Of a stretch of DNA of 64,000 bases, positions 9,713 to 18,268 are shown piece by piece. Numbering within the stretch: the stretch's first letter is position 1; each line of letters starts with the position of its first letter. A model generated the notes under the pieces. That model did not search any database, was not told the DNA's origin, and worked only from the letters and a program-made list of their open reading frames with translations. The DNA comes from a bacterium (GTDB lineage: Bacteria; Vulcanimicrobiota; Xenobia; Xenobiales; Xenobiaceae): positions 8,781 to 72,780 of the forward strand of contig JAUNIO010000002.1 of assembly GCA_030535355.1 (NCBI GenBank), written 5' to 3'. The position numbers were made by a program, and so were the translations under genes.

Positions 9713-10015
9713 ATGTCTATCTCGATTTTATACGATATTGCGGCAGTCTTCATTTGGTCTTTAGCTGGTTCCGCAGCTATGGGTATTTCTCTGGGCCTTC
9801 TGCTCAAGATTTACGACTTGATGACCCCGGGAATCGAAGAATTTGAAGAGCTTAAAAAAGGCAACATCGCTGTAGCCATCGTCATGGCCGCAATTATTAT
9901 CGCCTTCGCTCTGATCATTTGCGTAATTCTTTGGCCCGGTTCCGGCATGTCAGGAATGAGCAGCAGTGCAAGTATACCTCCTGCCCATCCTATTCCGCCA
10001 GTTCCCCAGCCCTAA
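9713..10015 (+). CDS. Small DUF350-like membrane protein of 100 aa.
   Basis: It has two hydrophobic helices and a conserved-looking core (LGLLLKIYDLMTPGIEEFEELKKGNIAVAI). An AT-rich promoter region precedes it. Confidence 0.55.
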   Translation: MSISILYDIAAVFIWSLAGSAAMGISLGLLLKIYDLMTPGIEEFEELKKGNIAVAIVMAAIIIAFALIICVILWPGSGMSGMSSSASIPPAHPIPPVPQP

Positions 10016-10060
10016 TAAACAACAATTAGCTTTCTTCCCCGCCAACCTTAGCTTCTTTAT

Positions 10061-10088
10061 CCCGGCCATCTGCGGCCGGGATTTTTTA
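10061..10088 (+). terminator. Rho-independent terminator.
   Basis: A perfect hairpin (cccggccatctgcggccggg) is followed by ATTTTTTAT. Confidence 0.7.
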
Positions 10089-10184
10089 TCCGCACCAGCG
10101 ATTATTTAATAGCAAACGAAAAGCAGGGAGAATCTGCCATTACAAGAACACTTGACCGATTCTTTTAGAAAGCTGTTTTGACAA

Positions 10185-11531
10185 ATGAGAGTTGCTGCTA
10201 AAACAAACCTCAACAAAGACCAGGTTATCAAAATGGTCAAAGACGGTGGAGTAACCATGCTGCGCCTGCAATTCACCGATATTCTCGGCGGAGTCAAAAA
10301 CGTCGGCATTCCCGGGCATCACATTGAGCAAATTCTCGAGGAAGGCGTAATCTTCGATGGTTCCTCCATTGAAGGTTTTGTGCGCATCGAAGAATCTGAC
10401 ATGCGCCTCATGCCCGATCCTTCCACTTTTACTGTCCTGCCCTGGAAACCGGAAGCCCACAAAGAAGCGCGCCTAATCTGCGACGTCGTCTATCCCGATG
10501 GCACTCCCTTTCCCGGCGACCCGCGCACCTTCCTTAAACGCATGATTGCTAAGGCCAGCGAACAGGGGCTGGAAATGATGGCCGGTCCCGAAGCGGAATT
10601 TTTCCTCTTCGAACAGGACGCTCAGGGACAGCCCACCGTCAATACCCACGACACCGGCAGTTATTTCGACCTCACCCCTATTGATATTGGCGAAGAAACC
10701 CGCCGCGACATTATCGACAATTTAGAAAAAATGGGCTTTGAAGTGGAAGCCTCCCACCACGAATGCGGTCAGGCCCAGCACGAAATCGATTTCCGCTATG
10801 CCGATGCCCTGCACACCGCAGATAATGTAGTTACATTCAAGACCGTGGTTAAAACCATTGCCACCCAGCACGGTATGCACGCCACTTTCATGCCCAAGCC
10901 GCGTTTTGGTATCGCCGGTTCAGGTATGCACCTCAACCAGTCTCTCTTCTTTGACGACGAAAATATATTCTACGATCCCGACGATCCCCAGCAGCTCTCC
11001 GAATCCTGCCGTTTTTACATGGGTGGCCTAATCAAGCATGCCCGCGCTTTTACCGCGTTCACTAATCCCCTGGTCAACTCCTATAAGCGCCTTGTTCCCG
11101 GCTATGAAGCGCCGCTCTACGTGACCTGGGCGGAAAAGAACCGCAGCCCGATGATCCGCATCCCCGCCCAGCGCGGCAAAGGCACCCGCGTCGAAGTGCG
11201 CTCCCCGGACCCTTCCTGCAATCCCTATCTGGCCATCGGGCTCATGCTCTGCGCCGGTTTAGACGGTATAGATAACAATATCGACCCCGGCGATCCCGTC
11301 AACATTAATTTATACACCCTGACTCCCGAACAGCTGCGCGAGCACAGCATCGCGACTCTGCCAGGCAACCTCAAAGAAGCCCTGGAAGCTTTTGAACAGG
11401 ACGAAATGATGATGGAAGCCATAGGCCCGCACATCTGGACTCAGTTTAAAGCGGCTAAACTGCACGAATGGGAGGAGTACACCACCCAAGTACACCAGTG
11501 GGAGCTGGATCGCTATTTAGCCATGTACTAA
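10185..11531 (+). CDS. glnA: Glutamine synthetase, type I.
   Basis: 448 aa with GS beta-grasp and catalytic-domain motifs (DGSSIEGF, PKPRFGIAGSGMHLNQS, NPLVNSYKRLVPGYEAP, RSPDPSCNPYLA). Confidence 0.9.
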   Translation: MRVAAKTNLNKDQVIKMVKDGGVTMLRLQFTDILGGVKNVGIPGHHIEQILEEGVIFDGSSIEGFVRIEESDMRLMPDPSTFTVLPWKPEAHKEARLICDVVYPDGTPFPGDPRTFLKRMIAKASEQGLEMMAGPEAEFFLFEQDAQGQPTVNTHDTGSYFDLTPIDIGEETRRDIIDNLEKMGFEVEASHHECGQAQHEIDFRYADALHTADNVVTFKTVVKTIATQHGMHATFMPKPRFGIAGSGMHLNQSLFFDDENIFYDPDDPQQLSESCRFYMGGLIKHARAFTAFTNPLVNSYKRLVPGYEAPLYVTWAEKNRSPMIRIPAQRGKGTRVEVRSPDPSCNPYLAIGLMLCAGLDGIDNNIDPGDPVNINLYTLTPEQLREHSIATLPGNLKEALEAFEQDEMMMEAIGPHIWTQFKAAKLHEWEEYTTQVHQWELDRYLAMY

Positions 11532-11697
11532 AAGTTAGCCTCGGCAATATTGGCTATGCTTCTAGATAACGTAGAAATCGTTTTGTGGCGCTGTCTAGTT
11601 TCGCTTATGACAATACGCTTATTTCAGAACTGCCGCTGAGCTCGTTAATTCATTTAAGCGTCGTGCCACAGAATCTCGCCAAAGCAAAGAGCACAGT

Positions 11698-11880
11698 CCC
11701 GTTAAGTTAGCAATTAGCTAACTTAACGGGACTGTATGACTCCCCCTAAAGGATGTAATATCATTTAGTTAGCGATCAGCTAACTTGCGAAACTATCTGA
11801 CTCCCCCTAAAGGATGGGAGGGGGAGAAGTCGCGACTGCGACAGAGGGGGTGCCCACGACTGTTGGGAAATCGAGGTCTA
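11698..11880. repeat. Family-A palindromic MITE-like intergenic repeat. It includes a perfect 33-nt palindrome at 11698-11730 and a partial internal duplication.
   Basis: The core gactccccctaaaggatgggagggggagaagtcgcgactgcgacagaggg recurs in either orientation at 21383, 25606, 49108, 53706, 56709 and 56943. Confidence 0.8.
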
Positions 11881-11904
11881 GTGTGTGTCATGCTTCAGCT
11901 TATA

Positions 11905-11995
11905 AGCAGGCATAAACGTAACGATAATTGTATATGAGTCAACATTTCCAATGTCGTTGAGCCTTAAGTTAACGACATTGGCGAAGAGCGAAAAT
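11905..11995. repeat. Family-B palindromic repeat, the reverse complement of the copies at 56837 and 57188.
   Basis: ggcataaacgtaacgataattgtatatgagtcaacatttccaatgtcgttgagccttaa matches the reverse complement of 56841-56910 with few mismatches. Confidence 0.7.
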
Positions 11996-12149
11996 ACTCA
12001 TAACGCACGTGATATTAATTGCGCACCATTCTGCAGCCCAGCTTCGCTGGGCTTAATACTGCTAACTATGGTTAGCTTAGTTATTATGTGATAAAATACC
12101 CTTCGGTACAGAAAGCCCTAAACGATAGCTCTCAAAGGAAGAAACAAAA

Positions 12150-13055
12150 TTGGCTGAGCAGGATTTTCAGAACGATAACTTTATTATTGTCACCGGCATG
12201 TCAGGAGCGGGAAAAACTCTAGTCACCAAATGCTTGGAAGACCAGGGTTATTATTGCGTTGACAATATCCCGCCGGCGCTGCTGCTGAAATTCGCTCAGC
12301 TATGCAATTCCTCCAGCATTACCAAATTAGCTATCGCCATAGATGTGCGCAGCCACAATTTTTTCGCCGACATCGACCAGGCCATTGAAGAGCTGACCTT
12401 GGCGGGGTTTTCCCCCCAGATATGGTTTGTCGAAGCTAACCCAGAAGTTTTAGTGCGCCGCTTTGCCGCCAACCGCCGCCAGCACCCTCTGGCCAGCGAC
12501 GGCCGCGTAGTCAACGGCATAGAAGAAGAACAAAAACTGCTGACTGCCCTGCGCAGCCGGGCCAGTTACATTATCGACACCAGCAAACTAACTCCCCACC
12601 AGCTGCGCGGCACTATCGTCGAGCATTTCAATCAGGCTAGCTCCCAAAACAGTTTAGGCCAAGTTCACGTGCTCAGTTTTGGTTTTAAATATGGAGTGCC
12701 CCTAGACGCCGATCTGATTTTCGACTGCCGCTTCCTGCCCAATCCCTACTATATTCCCGAGCTAAAACCGCTCACCGGTGCTCATCCCCTGGTTTCTGAA
12801 TACGTTTTCAGTTTCGATGCTACCCAAAAGTTCGTAGACAAAATTATAGAGTTTTTGAGTTTCGTCATGCCTCTGTATCAGCATGAGGGTAAGAATCACG
12901 TCGTAGTTGGGTTTGGCTGCACAGGAGGACGCCACCGCTCCGCCGCTATTGCCGCAGAAAGCAGCCGCCGCCTCAGCGACGCCGGTTTTAAAGTCAGTTT
13001 AGAACATCGCGATATTACTAAAGATGACCGCGAAAACGACGACAAACACGCCTAA
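12150..13055 (+). CDS. rapZ: RNase adapter / nucleotide-binding protein RapZ (YvcJ family).
   Basis: It has a TTG start with an AAAGGAAG RBS, a P-loop (IVTGMSGAGKT) and YCVDNIPP. 301 aa. Confidence 0.85.
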   Translation: MAEQDFQNDNFIIVTGMSGAGKTLVTKCLEDQGYYCVDNIPPALLLKFAQLCNSSSITKLAIAIDVRSHNFFADIDQAIEELTLAGFSPQIWFVEANPEVLVRRFAANRRQHPLASDGRVVNGIEEEQKLLTALRSRASYIIDTSKLTPHQLRGTIVEHFNQASSQNSLGQVHVLSFGFKYGVPLDADLIFDCRFLPNPYYIPELKPLTGAHPLVSEYVFSFDATQKFVDKIIEFLSFVMPLYQHEGKNHVVVGFGCTGGRHRSAAIAAESSRRLSDAGFKVSLEHRDITKDDRENDDKHA

Positions 13056-14406
13056 AAAGAAAAAATCTCTCCCTCCCTCCAAGGCCAGTATTTGGCGGCC
13101 CGGTTTAGGCATTAAGCGCTGTTTTTTCGCTCTGGCTGCCGGGTTTATTTTCTTATGCTGCGGCATCATTCTGCTTTTCAGCACCACCTGGGCACTATGC
13201 GTGGAAGAAAGCTTGACAAACGCCAGCTTAAATTGGCTGGGGTGGCACATTTCCAGCTTTAGCGTCGATATTTTTCTACTGGTTTTAGGGCTTGTATGTC
13301 TGGGTTGGGGACTGTGGCGAGCGGCTTCGTTCCTTTATAACGCGTCTCAGGCCCACCCCAGCTCTAGCATGATGGATGCCCTGGCCTTAGGGCGGCGGCG
13401 CAATTACGGTCTGAAGATCGTGGCCTTAGGCGGCGGTACTGGCTTATCTACACTGCTGCGCGGCCTCAAAAAATACACCTCCAATATTACCGCCGTAGTT
13501 TCCGTTTCCGACAACGGCGGCAGTTCGGGACGGCTTTCCAAGGAACTGGCGATGCTGCCCCCCGGCGACATCCGCAACTGCCTGACCGCCCTGGCCGACG
13601 ACGAAGACCTGCTGACCGAGCTGTTCCGCTTCCGCTTCGATAAAGGGGAAAGCCAAAGTTTAGGAGGCCACGCTTTCGGAAACCTTTTTATAGCCGCCCT
13701 GAACCAGATTTACGGCGACTTTGAAGTAGCTTTAAAAAAAGGCAGCGCCCTGCTGGCCATCCGCGGCCGGGTTCTTCCCGCCACATTAACAGCTACGGTG
13801 CTGTGCGCGAAGATGCGCGATGGGCGGATTATTAAAGGAGAAAGCGAGATTCCCAGCGCTCAGGGAGAGATCACCGATGTATTTTTAGAACCTGGCAGCT
13901 GCCAGGCACCCCCCGAGGTGATTAAAGCTATCGAAGAAGCCGACGCCATCATTTTGGGGCCGGGAAGCTTATACACCAGTGTCATGCCCAACCTGCTGAT
14001 CAAAAATATCGTCAAAGCGCTGGAGCGCACCGAAGCCCCCATTATTTATGTCTGCAACGTGATGACTCAAAACGGGGAGACCGACGGCTATACGGCAGCC
14101 GACCATTTGCAGGCCATCTATCACCATCTCAAAAAGCCCCTGGTCGATTACGTAATCGCCAATGCCAGCGCCCCCAACAAAAAACTGCTGGAAAAATACG
14201 CTAAAGAAGGTTCAAAGCCGGTGGTTCTGGATTACGAGCGCCTGCAAAGCATGGGAGTGCATCCAGTTTATGCCAAATTATCCAAAGATGAGCAGCTGGT
14301 GCGCCACGATCCCGACTATTTAGCTGAAGCGATTATGGATCTGCTGGGAGAGGTCAAATACCGCGACGGCTCAGAAGGCGCGGACAGCATGAGATCGCCG
14401 AATTAA
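13024..14406 (+). CDS. YvcK / CofD-like (UPF0052, gluconeogenesis-factor family) protein with an unusual ~130-aa N-terminal extension carrying two predicted TM helices.
   Basis: The core starts KIVALGGGTGLSTLLRGLK. It overlaps rapZ by 32 nt, the conserved rapZ-yvcK arrangement. The N-terminus has hydrophobic segments (FFALAAGFIFLCCGIILLF, IFLLVLGLVCLGWGLW). Confidence 0.8.
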   Translation: MTAKTTTNTPKKKKSLPPSKASIWRPGLGIKRCFFALAAGFIFLCCGIILLFSTTWALCVEESLTNASLNWLGWHISSFSVDIFLLVLGLVCLGWGLWRAASFLYNASQAHPSSSMMDALALGRRRNYGLKIVALGGGTGLSTLLRGLKKYTSNITAVVSVSDNGGSSGRLSKELAMLPPGDIRNCLTALADDEDLLTELFRFRFDKGESQSLGGHAFGNLFIAALNQIYGDFEVALKKGSALLAIRGRVLPATLTATVLCAKMRDGRIIKGESEIPSAQGEITDVFLEPGSCQAPPEVIKAIEEADAIILGPGSLYTSVMPNLLIKNIVKALERTEAPIIYVCNVMTQNGETDGYTAADHLQAIYHHLKKPLVDYVIANASAPNKKLLEKYAKEGSKPVVLDYERLQSMGVHPVYAKLSKDEQLVRHDPDYLAEAIMDLLGEVKYRDGSEGADSMRSPN

Positions 14407-14771
14407 TTTATTTCTTTTACAAATGGTTTACAAAATGTTAAAAATCAACTCAACCTACAGGTTGACTAATTGTTCATTCAGAGATATTATTAAACCGCAG
14501 TCAACAGTCAATGCAGTTAGTCTACTCTAGATTGCAGAACGCTATTCTGGCTGCCCTGAATGGAATAATCTGCAAAGATTAAACATAGAAGGTCTTAAAA
14601 AAAATTAAACGCATTCAAAACTGTTGGTAGCAGTAAAAAATGCGTTCAATATCTCAGAAGTGCTATCACTCCTAAAGCTTACAACTGGTATGATAGCACC
14701 TCTGAGAGGCTATGTCAAGCGTTAATGAGACGTATGGCTAGCTTACATATACTCTCAGAGGAGGCAATAAT

Positions 14772-15446
14772 ATGTCCAAAATACGGGCAACAATCGCAGA
14801 TGGCTGCGATTCAAGTATTATTCCTGGTCTTCAGTACGATGGATTATTAGGTATCCCGCTTATCAAAAGGCCAGACAAAATCATCATTCCGAAAAACATC
14901 GTACCATTTTCCAAACGCAATTACACAGCCGATCTCGACGTAGCCATCGGATTCTACGAGATGGACGAAAAATTTGCTGATTTGCTCTGCCATCCGGAAG
15001 CATATGTCGAAGATTTAAGTCGCTTTTCAGCGATAATCTCTCCCGACTGTTCTCTATACCTGCCCAACTCACTGGGCAGCCACATTACTAACATATATAG
15101 AAGCCGGCTTATCGGCTGCTTCTTTCAGGCCAAACGCCTGTACGTCATACCTCAAATCCGCTGGGGCAAAGAAACTACTTATACGGCAGGGGCATTGCAA
15201 GAAAAAGCTGCTTTCCTCGGCGTTGAAAAACACAGCATTGTAGCGATCGGCACTTACGGCTGCTGTCAGCACAGAGAAGAAAAGCGCCATCTCAAAGCTG
15301 GGTTAAGTGCTATGCTAGATACGGTACAGCCAGATACCGTGTTGGTGTATGGGCCTATGCCTCCGGCAATTTTCGGCGAGTTCCTCCAAAGAACAAACTT
15401 TGTTCCTTACGACAACTGGTTAAAACGCGTAAAGGGAGGACAATAG
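14772..15446 (+). CDS. Uncharacterised protein of 224 aa, paralog A of the island pair.
   Basis: It is homologous over its whole length to the 16545..17210 product (IPxxxRPxKIxIP, VIPxxRW, YTAxxL, FVxYxxW). An RBS (AGAGGAGG) is present and it lies in a low-GC context. Confidence 0.6.
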   Translation: MSKIRATIADGCDSSIIPGLQYDGLLGIPLIKRPDKIIIPKNIVPFSKRNYTADLDVAIGFYEMDEKFADLLCHPEAYVEDLSRFSAIISPDCSLYLPNSLGSHITNIYRSRLIGCFFQAKRLYVIPQIRWGKETTYTAGALQEKAAFLGVEKHSIVAIGTYGCCQHREEKRHLKAGLSAMLDTVQPDTVLVYGPMPPAIFGEFLQRTNFVPYDNWLKRVKGGQ

Positions 15447-15447
15447 T

Positions 15448-15957
15448 ATGGGTAGCGGCAGCAGTTATTCCTATTCTGGAACCAGCGGCGGGTCGCAGCC
15501 CTACGCTGAAACCTACGGGGTAGTTCCCGAAGCGCTCAACAAAGACAAGAAAGACCCCGACATTTACGATAAAGCAGAAGGGTATTTCAAGAATCCGACA
15601 GCAGTATCTCTAGCTTCCGCTATAGATGGTAACAGAGTGACTTTTAATAATCTCAGCGCCCATGGAAAATACACTTATGTTATGGATAAGAACGGCAATA
15701 TTATCTTTGGTAAACGTTGCAATCCTAATGACATAAGCAAACGTTCTCCTCATCCTACGCTCATTGGAGGTAAAAATCCACAAGTGCAATGCGCAGGTAT
15801 TATCGCGATGAGCAAAGGGAAAATCACCAATATAGATAATATGAGCGGACATTTTAAGCCGCATCATAGATCTTTAAATAAGGTTTATGACGCTCTTCAT
15901 AAACTGCATGAAAGCAATCCTAACATCTTCTCTACACGTTTTCAATGGAGGGAATAG
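15448..15957 (+). CDS. Candidate toxin of 169 aa with a Gly/Ser-rich N-terminus and a C-terminal HNH/EndoVII-like motif (sGH-x3-HH-x3-N-x7-H).
   Basis: It starts 1 nt after paralog A with a GGGAGGA RBS. The motif is MSGHFKPHHRSLNKVYDALHKLH. It is immediately followed by a small acidic ORF. Confidence 0.5.
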   Translation: MGSGSSYSYSGTSGGSQPYAETYGVVPEALNKDKKDPDIYDKAEGYFKNPTAVSLASAIDGNRVTFNNLSAHGKYTYVMDKNGNIIFGKRCNPNDISKRSPHPTLIGGKNPQVQCAGIIAMSKGKITNIDNMSGHFKPHHRSLNKVYDALHKLHESNPNIFSTRFQWRE

Positions 15958-15959
15958 GT

Positions 15960-16418
15960 ATGGAAGAAGAGATATTAAGTTATGAAACCGCTTCTTTATT
16001 TAATCGTTCTTTCGAAGAAGAGATCACAGATGCTGAAGAGACAGCATTACTAGATCGCGCAAACGCTTTAATTAATACGTTTGGCTGGAAAAAGGTGTTT
16101 AACTCTTGGAATAACTACCTTCACCACCAATGCCTAACTCCAGAATCTGCGATCAATTTCGCCAATTGGTTCTGGTTCTATGGAGGTCATGAGCACCCAA
16201 TCCCCAATCCTTATCATTTTATAGCGTATTTCTATTATCGTATTGACTATGCAATTCAGAAATATGACATTTCGGATATCTTGGATAGTCTCGCTACCAG
16301 CATCTTGCCCAAAGCAGGCCATCGCGAAGCGGATTTATATCTAAATCCCTACTACATGCCGGAAAGTGACCCCCAAATACGGGCAGAAGTTGAAAAGCTC
16401 AAAAAACAAAACAGCTAA
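15960..16418 (+). CDS. Candidate immunity or partner protein (~153 aa, acidic, Trp/Tyr-rich).
   Basis: The ATG lies 2 nt after the preceding stop, with a GGAGGGAAT RBS. It has no recognisable domain. The ORF track gives an in-frame upstream start at 15945 that would overlap the toxin stop. Confidence 0.45.
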   Translation: MEEEILSYETASLFNRSFEEEITDAEETALLDRANALINTFGWKKVFNSWNNYLHHQCLTPESAINFANWFWFYGGHEHPIPNPYHFIAYFYYRIDYAIQKYDISDILDSLATSILPKAGHREADLYLNPYYMPESDPQIRAEVEKLKKQNS

Positions 16419-16544
16419 CCACACCAGACTACGCCAGAAGAATTCTCACTGCTAAAGCTTCAAAGCATCTCAATGAGTACTTCTGGCTTCATTTTCACTG
16501 CACAGCACTTGTTTGATAATAGCTATTGTCAGGAGAGAAAACTC

Positions 16545-17210
16545 ATGCCGAAACAACAATACCGCGACGACGGCTGTAACCCAGAAATACTTGCTGGGGC
16601 AAAATTTGCAGGCACTCTAGAAATACCAGTCGTAGAACGGCCTAGCAAAATCGTTATACCAGATACGCCAGTTCCTTTTTCACAGCACGCACAATGCCAA
16701 AATCAAAACGCTTTCTTAGTCATCTCCGAACCTGATGTCAATTTCTCTGATATTCTGCGCAATCCAGAACCTTATTGCCAAATCGCTAACAATTACGCAG
16801 GCATAATAACTTTAGAACCCGCTCTATTCACTGGAGCTAAGCTAGCTGAACAAATCGCTGTAACCCAGCGCAACCGCACTTTGGCACATTGTTTTCAAAG
16901 GCACTGCGTTGAAGTTATCCCACATCTGCGCTGGAAAGACAAAAATAGCTATACAGCGACCGTTTTGCCAGATAAAATCGCCTTAATAGGTCTGCCCCTA
17001 AACAGCATTGTGGCCTTGGAAACTAATTCATGTCTTAATAGCGACATGGACAAACTGCGTTTACAGTTAGGCCTACAAGCCGTTCTGGAAGAACTGCAGC
17101 CGCAAATTATTTTAATATTCGGAGCTATGCCTGACGAAGTATTCTCCAATTTTCAGCATGATACCGTATTTGTCAATTATAATCCATGGCCACCAACAAC
17201 ATCTTTATAA
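16545..17210 (+). CDS. Uncharacterised protein, paralog B of 14772..15446.
   Basis: It is homologous to paralog A. The start at 16545 is preferred (RBS AGGAGAG). The upstream region is homologous to the region upstream of paralog A. Confidence 0.6.
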   Translation: MPKQQYRDDGCNPEILAGAKFAGTLEIPVVERPSKIVIPDTPVPFSQHAQCQNQNAFLVISEPDVNFSDILRNPEPYCQIANNYAGIITLEPALFTGAKLAEQIAVTQRNRTLAHCFQRHCVEVIPHLRWKDKNSYTATVLPDKIALIGLPLNSIVALETNSCLNSDMDKLRLQLGLQAVLEELQPQIILIFGAMPDEVFSNFQHDTVFVNYNPWPPTTSL

Positions 17211-17324
17211 ATCGGCAGCAAACTACCAGCGGCTTACATCAACCTTCTGGTTGATAATATTCGTTACTTGGTGTAAACTACTTCACGTTAGCGGATGGTA
17301 AAACAACAATGGGGAGGTGAGCAC

Positions 17325-17699
17325 ATGCTGACAAGTTTAGGCAAGTTTTTGAGAAAACTGCGCATAGACAGAGGAGAGATACTACGCGACATGGCGGACA
17401 AACTTGGCGTTACAGTATCATTTCTCTCTGCTGTTGAAAATGGCAAAAAAAGAATGCCCTCATTATGGAATAACAGAATCTGTGAGCTATATAGCCTGGA
17501 TATACATCAGCAAGAATCTTTTACAAAAGCGATAGCTGAAACAGAAGATACCATTGAAATGAATTTAACTTCAGCCAGCGCCAACAGACGGGAATTAGCT
17601 ATTGCTTTCGCGCGCTCTTTTCACAATATCGATACTGAGCAGATAACTGCCATTCATAAAATACTACAGAAAAGGAAGCAAAGCAATGACCAGCATTAA
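17325..17699 (+). CDS. XRE-family helix-turn-helix transcriptional regulator.
   Basis: The N-terminal HTH (LRKLRIDRGEILRDMADKLGVTVSFLSAVENGKK) and a GGAGGTGA RBS support the 17325 start. Confidence 0.7.
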   Translation: MLTSLGKFLRKLRIDRGEILRDMADKLGVTVSFLSAVENGKKRMPSLWNNRICELYSLDIHQQESFTKAIAETEDTIEMNLTSASANRRELAIAFARSFHNIDTEQITAIHKILQKRKQSNDQH

Positions 17700-18213
17700 A
17701 GCTAACCCTATATCTCGGATAGAAATTAGAAAAATAGCCTATATTATACGTGCCATAGCCGATACGCTCAACAGTCCTTATTTTCCAATAATATATTTTA
17801 TTGAGCATACTTTACCAAGAGATATGCCAGAATTCAATTACGAAATTGTTAATCTACAAGATATGCCTCACAATCATGCTGAAACACATCCTGACCAAAA
17901 CCTAATACAAATTAGGGAAGATGTATATCTTAGGGCTATAAAGGGCTGTGGTAGGGATCGCTTTACCCTTGCTCATGAACTAGGCCATTTATTATTACAT
18001 AGAGCCAACTGCATTTCATTATGCAGATTAGCTCCTAATAAAAGATTAAAACCATACGAAAACCCGGAATGGCAAGCCAATGCTTTTGCAGGGGAGCTAC
18101 TTATGCCGATAGATATAATCAAAGATATGAGTATCTATCAAATCTGTCATCAATGCGGCGTTTCTGCAGATGCCGCCCGGTGTCAGCTCAGCTTACTTAA
18201 AAATGCCAGATGA
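17686..18213 (+). CDS. ImmA/IrrE-family (COG2856) zinc metallopeptidase.
   Basis: It has the HEXXH motif (LAHELGHLLLH) in the typical context and overlaps the XRE gene by 14 nt, the classic XRE-ImmA pair. Confidence 0.75.
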   Translation: MTSIKANPISRIEIRKIAYIIRAIADTLNSPYFPIIYFIEHTLPRDMPEFNYEIVNLQDMPHNHAETHPDQNLIQIREDVYLRAIKGCGRDRFTLAHELGHLLLHRANCISLCRLAPNKRLKPYENPEWQANAFAGELLMPIDIIKDMSIYQICHQCGVSADAARCQLSLLKNAR

Positions 18214-18268
18214 CCATTGAGCACTCTGCACTTCGTCCCCCCCCCTTGTTTAGCAAACACTAAATCCG

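Noticed and set aside
10100-10185. Sigma-54 (-24/-12) or NtrC-type promoter upstream of glnA.
   Set aside because: I searched for TGGCAC-N5-TTGCA-like elements and found none. Only a TTGACA hexamer at the start codon, which is non-functional in that position.
11690-11990. Possible CRISPR array, suggested by the recurring palindromic repeats.
   Set aside because: The copies are dispersed over more than 45 kb, occur in both orientations, vary in length and show no regular repeat-spacer periodicity. They are MITE/REP-like, not CRISPR.
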